64,000 nt of DNA from Pristiophorus japonicus (taxonomy: Eukaryota). The first letter of the stretch is position 1; each line of letters begins with the position of its first letter. Positions 60,250 through 64,000 of the stretch are shown in pieces. The position numbers and the translations under genes were made by a program. The notes under the pieces are model-generated. The model made no database searches. It was not told the DNA's origin and worked only from the letters and a program-made list of their open reading frames with translations. Where the stretch lies: assembly GCF_044704955.1 (NCBI RefSeq), contig NC_091994.1:20336001-20400000 (forward strand), written 5' to 3'.

Positions 60250-60530
60250 ATGACTCAGCCCATCTGCTGCTGAAACCCTCATCCATGCATTTGTCAACTC
60301 CAGATTTGACTATTCCAATAGTCTCCTGGCCAGCCTCCCATCCTCTACAAACTTGAACTCATCCAAACTCTACTGGTTTGGAGCCCAATCTGTGCTAACT
60401 CTCATTCACTGTATATCCCTATGCTCACTGACCTACATTGGCTCCCAGTCCCCCAAAACCTCAAGTTTAAAATTCATCCTCGTATTCATGGCCACATTGC
60501 TCCCTATCTCTGTAATTTCCTTTCAACACC
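60250..60530 (+). mobile_element. L2 LINE fragment split by a CR1 (resumes about 62000-62200)
   Basis: AAETLIHAFVNSRFDYSNSLLASLP and LTDLHWLPV motifs; the L2 3' end continues after 61995. Confidence 0.8.
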
Positions 60531-61993
60531 ACATAACAACATAAGAATTAGGAGCAGGAGTAGGCCATTTGGTCCCTCGAGCCTGCTCTGCTATTCAATA
60601 GGATCATGGCTGATCTGATCTTAGCCTCAACTCCACTTCCCTGCCACTCCCCATAACCCTTGACTCCCTATCATTCAAAAATCTGTCTGTCTCCACCTTA
60701 AATATATTGAATGACCCAGCCTCCACAGCTCTCTGAGGTAGAGAATTCCAAAAGTTCACAACCCTCTGAGAGAAGAAATTCCTCCTCATCTCCGTTTTAA
60801 ATGGGCAACCTTTTATTTTGAAATTATGCTAGTTCTAGATTCCCCCATGAGGGGAAACATCTTCTTTGCATCTACCCTGTCAAGCCCCCTCATAATCTTA
60901 TACGTTTCAATAATATCACCTCTCATTTTTCTAAACTTCAATGAGTATAGGCCCAACCTGCTCAACCTTTCTTCATAAGACAACCCTTTCATCTCCGGAA
61001 TCAACCTAGTGAACCTTCTGAATTGCCTCCAATGCAAGTATATCCTTCCTTAAATAAGGAGACCAAAACTGTATGCAGTACTCCAGGTGTGGTCTCACCA
61101 ATGTCCTGTTCAGTTATAGCAAGACTTCCCTACTTTTATACTCCATCCCCCTTGCAATAAAGGCCAACATTCCATTTGTTTTCCTAATTACTTGCTGTAC
61201 CTGCATGCTAACTTTTTGTGTTTCATGTACCCGCAGATCCCTCTGTACTGCAGCATTTTGTAATCTCTCTCCATTTAAATAATTTGCTTTTTTATTTTTC
61301 CGACCAAAGTGGATAACCTCACATTATACTCCATCTCCCAAATTTTTGCCCACTCACTTAGCCTATCTATATCACTTTACAGATTCTTTGTGCCCTCTTC
61401 AGAACTTGCTTTCCCACCCATCTTTGTATCATCAGCAAATTTGGCTACATTACACTCGGTCCCTTCATCCAAGTCATTAATATAGATTGTAAATAATTGA
61501 GGCCCCAGCACTGATCCCTGTGGCACCCCACTAGTTAGTTTGCCAACCTGAAAATTACCCATTTATCCTGACTCTCTGTTCTTTGTTAGTTAGCCAATCC
61601 TGTATCCATTCTAATATATTACCCCCAACCCCGTGAGCTCTTATCTTGTGCAGTAACCTTTTATGTGGCACCTTATCGATTGCCTTCTGGAAATCAAAAT
61701 ACACTACATCTACTGGTTCCCCTTTATCCATCCTGCTCTTTACATCCTCAAAGAACTCTAACAAATTTGTCAAACATGATTTCCCTTTCATAAAACCATT
61801 CTGACTTTGCTTGACTGTATTATGATTTTCTAAATGTTCTGATACTACTTCCTTAATAATGGACTCCAGCATTTTCCCAATGACAGATGTTAGGCGAACT
61901 GGTCTTTAGTTTCCTGCTTTCTGTCTCCCTCCTTTCTTAAATAGAGGCATTATATTTGTGGTTTTCCAATCGGCTGGGACCTCTCCAGAATCT
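60531..61993 (-). mobile_element. CR1 LINE, 5'-truncated RT region, disrupted
   Basis: [41 protein letters not shown]; 3' tail acataacaacataagaa. Confidence 0.92.
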
Positions 61994-62499
61994 TGGTAGA
62001 TTACAACCATCTGAGATGTCTGTTTTCCTCCAACTCTGGCCTTTTACGCATCCCCTGCTGTTTTTGCCCCGCCATTGGCCGGAAGTTCTGGAATTGTCTG
62101 CCTCCCCTCCTTTAAGACCCTCCTTAACACATTGCTCTTTGAATATGTTTTTAGTCACTCATCCTTTCTTTGGCTTGGTGTCAATTTTTGTTTGATGACA
62201 CTTCTACATTATAATGCCAGTTGTTGCTGATGTCCCTGGTCCAGAATAGATGAGTGTAATTGTAGTGCCAACAATTGTAGTGGGCAGCATGGCTGGCATC
62301 ACCCTATTCACAGACTGGAGCCAGAACCTGGGACCTTCTTGATCTGTATGATTCTGTTTCAGACCTGGCACTGTGTTGATCAATTCAGCCATCAGACAGA
62401 AAGGAAAATGAAAGCAAAATACTGCGTATGCTGGAATCTGGAATAAAAACAGAAAATGCTGGAAATCTCAGCAGGTCAGGCAGCTGGAGCAGGAAGCGG

Positions 62500-62536
62500 A
62501 GTCAACACTTCGGGTCAATGACCCTTCGTCAGAACT
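62500..62536 (-). ncRNA. Minimal hammerhead ribozyme motif, degenerate
   Basis: Minus strand agtt-CTGACGA-a-gggtc(att)gaccc-GAAG-tgtt-gact; GAAA has mutated to GAAG. Confidence 0.5.
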
Positions 62537-62678
62537 GGAGAGTGTTCGGAAAGAACCGATTCTTAACAAGCACTGGAAGGGGGAGGGGAAGCAAGGTCTG
62601 TGCACCAATACAAAAGTTCTTGCTTCCTCTCCCCCTTTCAATGCTTGTTGAGAATCTGTTCTTTTTGAAACCTCTCCC

Positions 62679-62713
62679 GTTCTGACGAAGGGTCATCGAC
62701 CTGAAATGTTAAC
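62679..62713 (+). ncRNA. Minimal type I hammerhead ribozyme motif (PLE type)
   Basis: gtt-CTGACGA-a-gggtc(atc)gacct-GAAA-tgtt-aac: both core boxes, stem II and short stem I present; the stem III palindrome AACGTT has decayed to AATGTT. Confidence 0.65.
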
Positions 62714-63284
62714 TCTGCTTCCTCTCCACAGATGCTGCCTGACCTGCTGAGATTTCCAGCATTTTCGGTTTATAGACAGATAGGAATGACGGAAGGAGAA
62801 TTCTGTGTTGGAAAATTGGCAGATTTGATGCTGTCTTGCTTCAGATGGGAGTTAATTTGCCAAGTATCTCCAGCTGTCTATGTTTCCTATGGGAAATAAG
62901 GTCAAGTTAAAGGGTCTGGTAATAGAAGGAGACCAGTGAATGTTGAGTAAAAATCAACTGTGAGCTTTAAAAATTCTGACAGCTCCATTTAAGGCAGACA
63001 TCAGATCAAATCTATGATCAAAACTTTCTTGAAAGCTAGAACCTCTAATCAGCTCCCTGGATGGAAAGATCCATGAAACTGACTATTGACTGACTCTTAT
63101 TGAGAGTATTGGGAATATTGTTGTCAAAGCCTTGGGCTTGTAAAAGGTGACAGAAAAAGTCTTGACTATACGACAGCAGAGATTTGTGTTGAAATCCACA
63201 AGATATCATCCAGATGTCTCAATAGAGTCACGACTAAATCCTGCAATGTGATGAAAAGACTCGTATCGTAAGATCTCACCACTA

Positions 63285-63402
63285 GATATTAAGGGATATG
63301 AGGATAGTGAAGTTGAGGTAGAAGATCAGCCATGATCTTATTGAATGGCGGAGCAAGCTCAAGAAGCCAAATGGCCGACTCCTGCTCCTATTTCTCATGT
63401 TC
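63285..63402 (+). mobile_element. CR1 3' terminus
   Basis: gatcagccatgatcttattgaatggcggagcaagctc...ctcctgctcctatttctcatgttc. Confidence 0.85.
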
Positions 63403-64000
63403 TTCTTTTTTCCTTTTTTTCTGGGGGAAAAAAATGAAACATCCTGAATTGAAATGCGCAGAGACATTCAAGAAGGTCTGTAAAACTATATCTAAACCAT
63501 AAGGGAGAAAAGGTTATTCAGCTGTTTCCCTTTTCATGTAATATTTGCCAATCATGGAATTTACTTAACCTACTCAATCTGTTGAAGGAGTTGTTCAACC
63601 ACAGGTAAAGTCTAGAGGAAGGTATAGCACTGTGAAATTTCTGCCTAGCCTTAAATGCAATCAAATAACACTCCCACATATTACAGCTCACGCAATTCAA
63701 CCCAAACCAGCGGCATTCCACAGCTGACTTATCCTTTTTCTCAGCAGCACAGATGTATCATCTTTCAAAGAGTTATTAATCATTCTATGGTACCCAAAGT
63801 CAGGTCCTCTGAAACTTTAGTGCCTGGACTAAATAATTGGTCTGAGAATAGAGCTTTCAGTTTTTAAATTATTAGGCTTTCCCTGACATTATACAAAACA
63901 AGATGAAATTATGCTTAAAGGTCTTGTACAAAGGGTAAACAGTGACACATCCTTTGGATATTCTTTTGCCAAAGGGCAGACCCAACAGTCCTACTAACTA

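Larger units (their letters stand above)
62411..62772. mobile_element. Penelope-like element remnant: inverted pseudo-LTR pair
   Basis: About 150-bp inverted arms (62447-62595 / 62619-62772); extra tail on the left arm; flanking direct repeat agacagaaaggaaaatga / agacagataggaatga; hammerhead motifs. Confidence 0.75.

Overview
Eukaryotic, repeat-dominated DNA, most consistent with a cartilaginous fish (shark). The basis is tRNA-headed Deu-domain SINEs, CR1 LINEs with an esterase ORF1 and (TTTCTATG)n tails, and RTE, L2, Mag-type Gypsy, Harbinger and Penelope remnants; the species cannot be determined here. No host protein-coding gene, rRNA, bona fide tRNA or CRISPR array is recognisable, and every long ORF is transposon-derived and disrupted. 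Main structures: (1) a Gypsy LTR element (23701-28434, +) nested inside a related Gypsy element (21057-30545, -); (2) a near full-length CR1 (about 47926-51995, -) and a deleted, apparently chimeric CR1 (about 2101-5177, +); (3) a 2.6-kb Harbinger element retaining only a three-exon Myb/SANT gene (7281-9865), plus several Harbinger-type MITEs with A-N-A/T target duplications; (4) a palindromic Penelope-derived insertion (about 62411-62772) with two inverted minimal hammerhead-ribozyme motifs; (5) a repeat-poor, CpG-retaining island (about 36080-39500) with divergent splice donors, possibly a promoter. I found no convincing wholly new biological system; the hammerhead palindrome, the Myb-only Harbinger and the CR1 ORF1-ORF2 fusion are the best follow-up candidates. 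Coordinates and mismatch counts were read by eye and may be off by a few bases.
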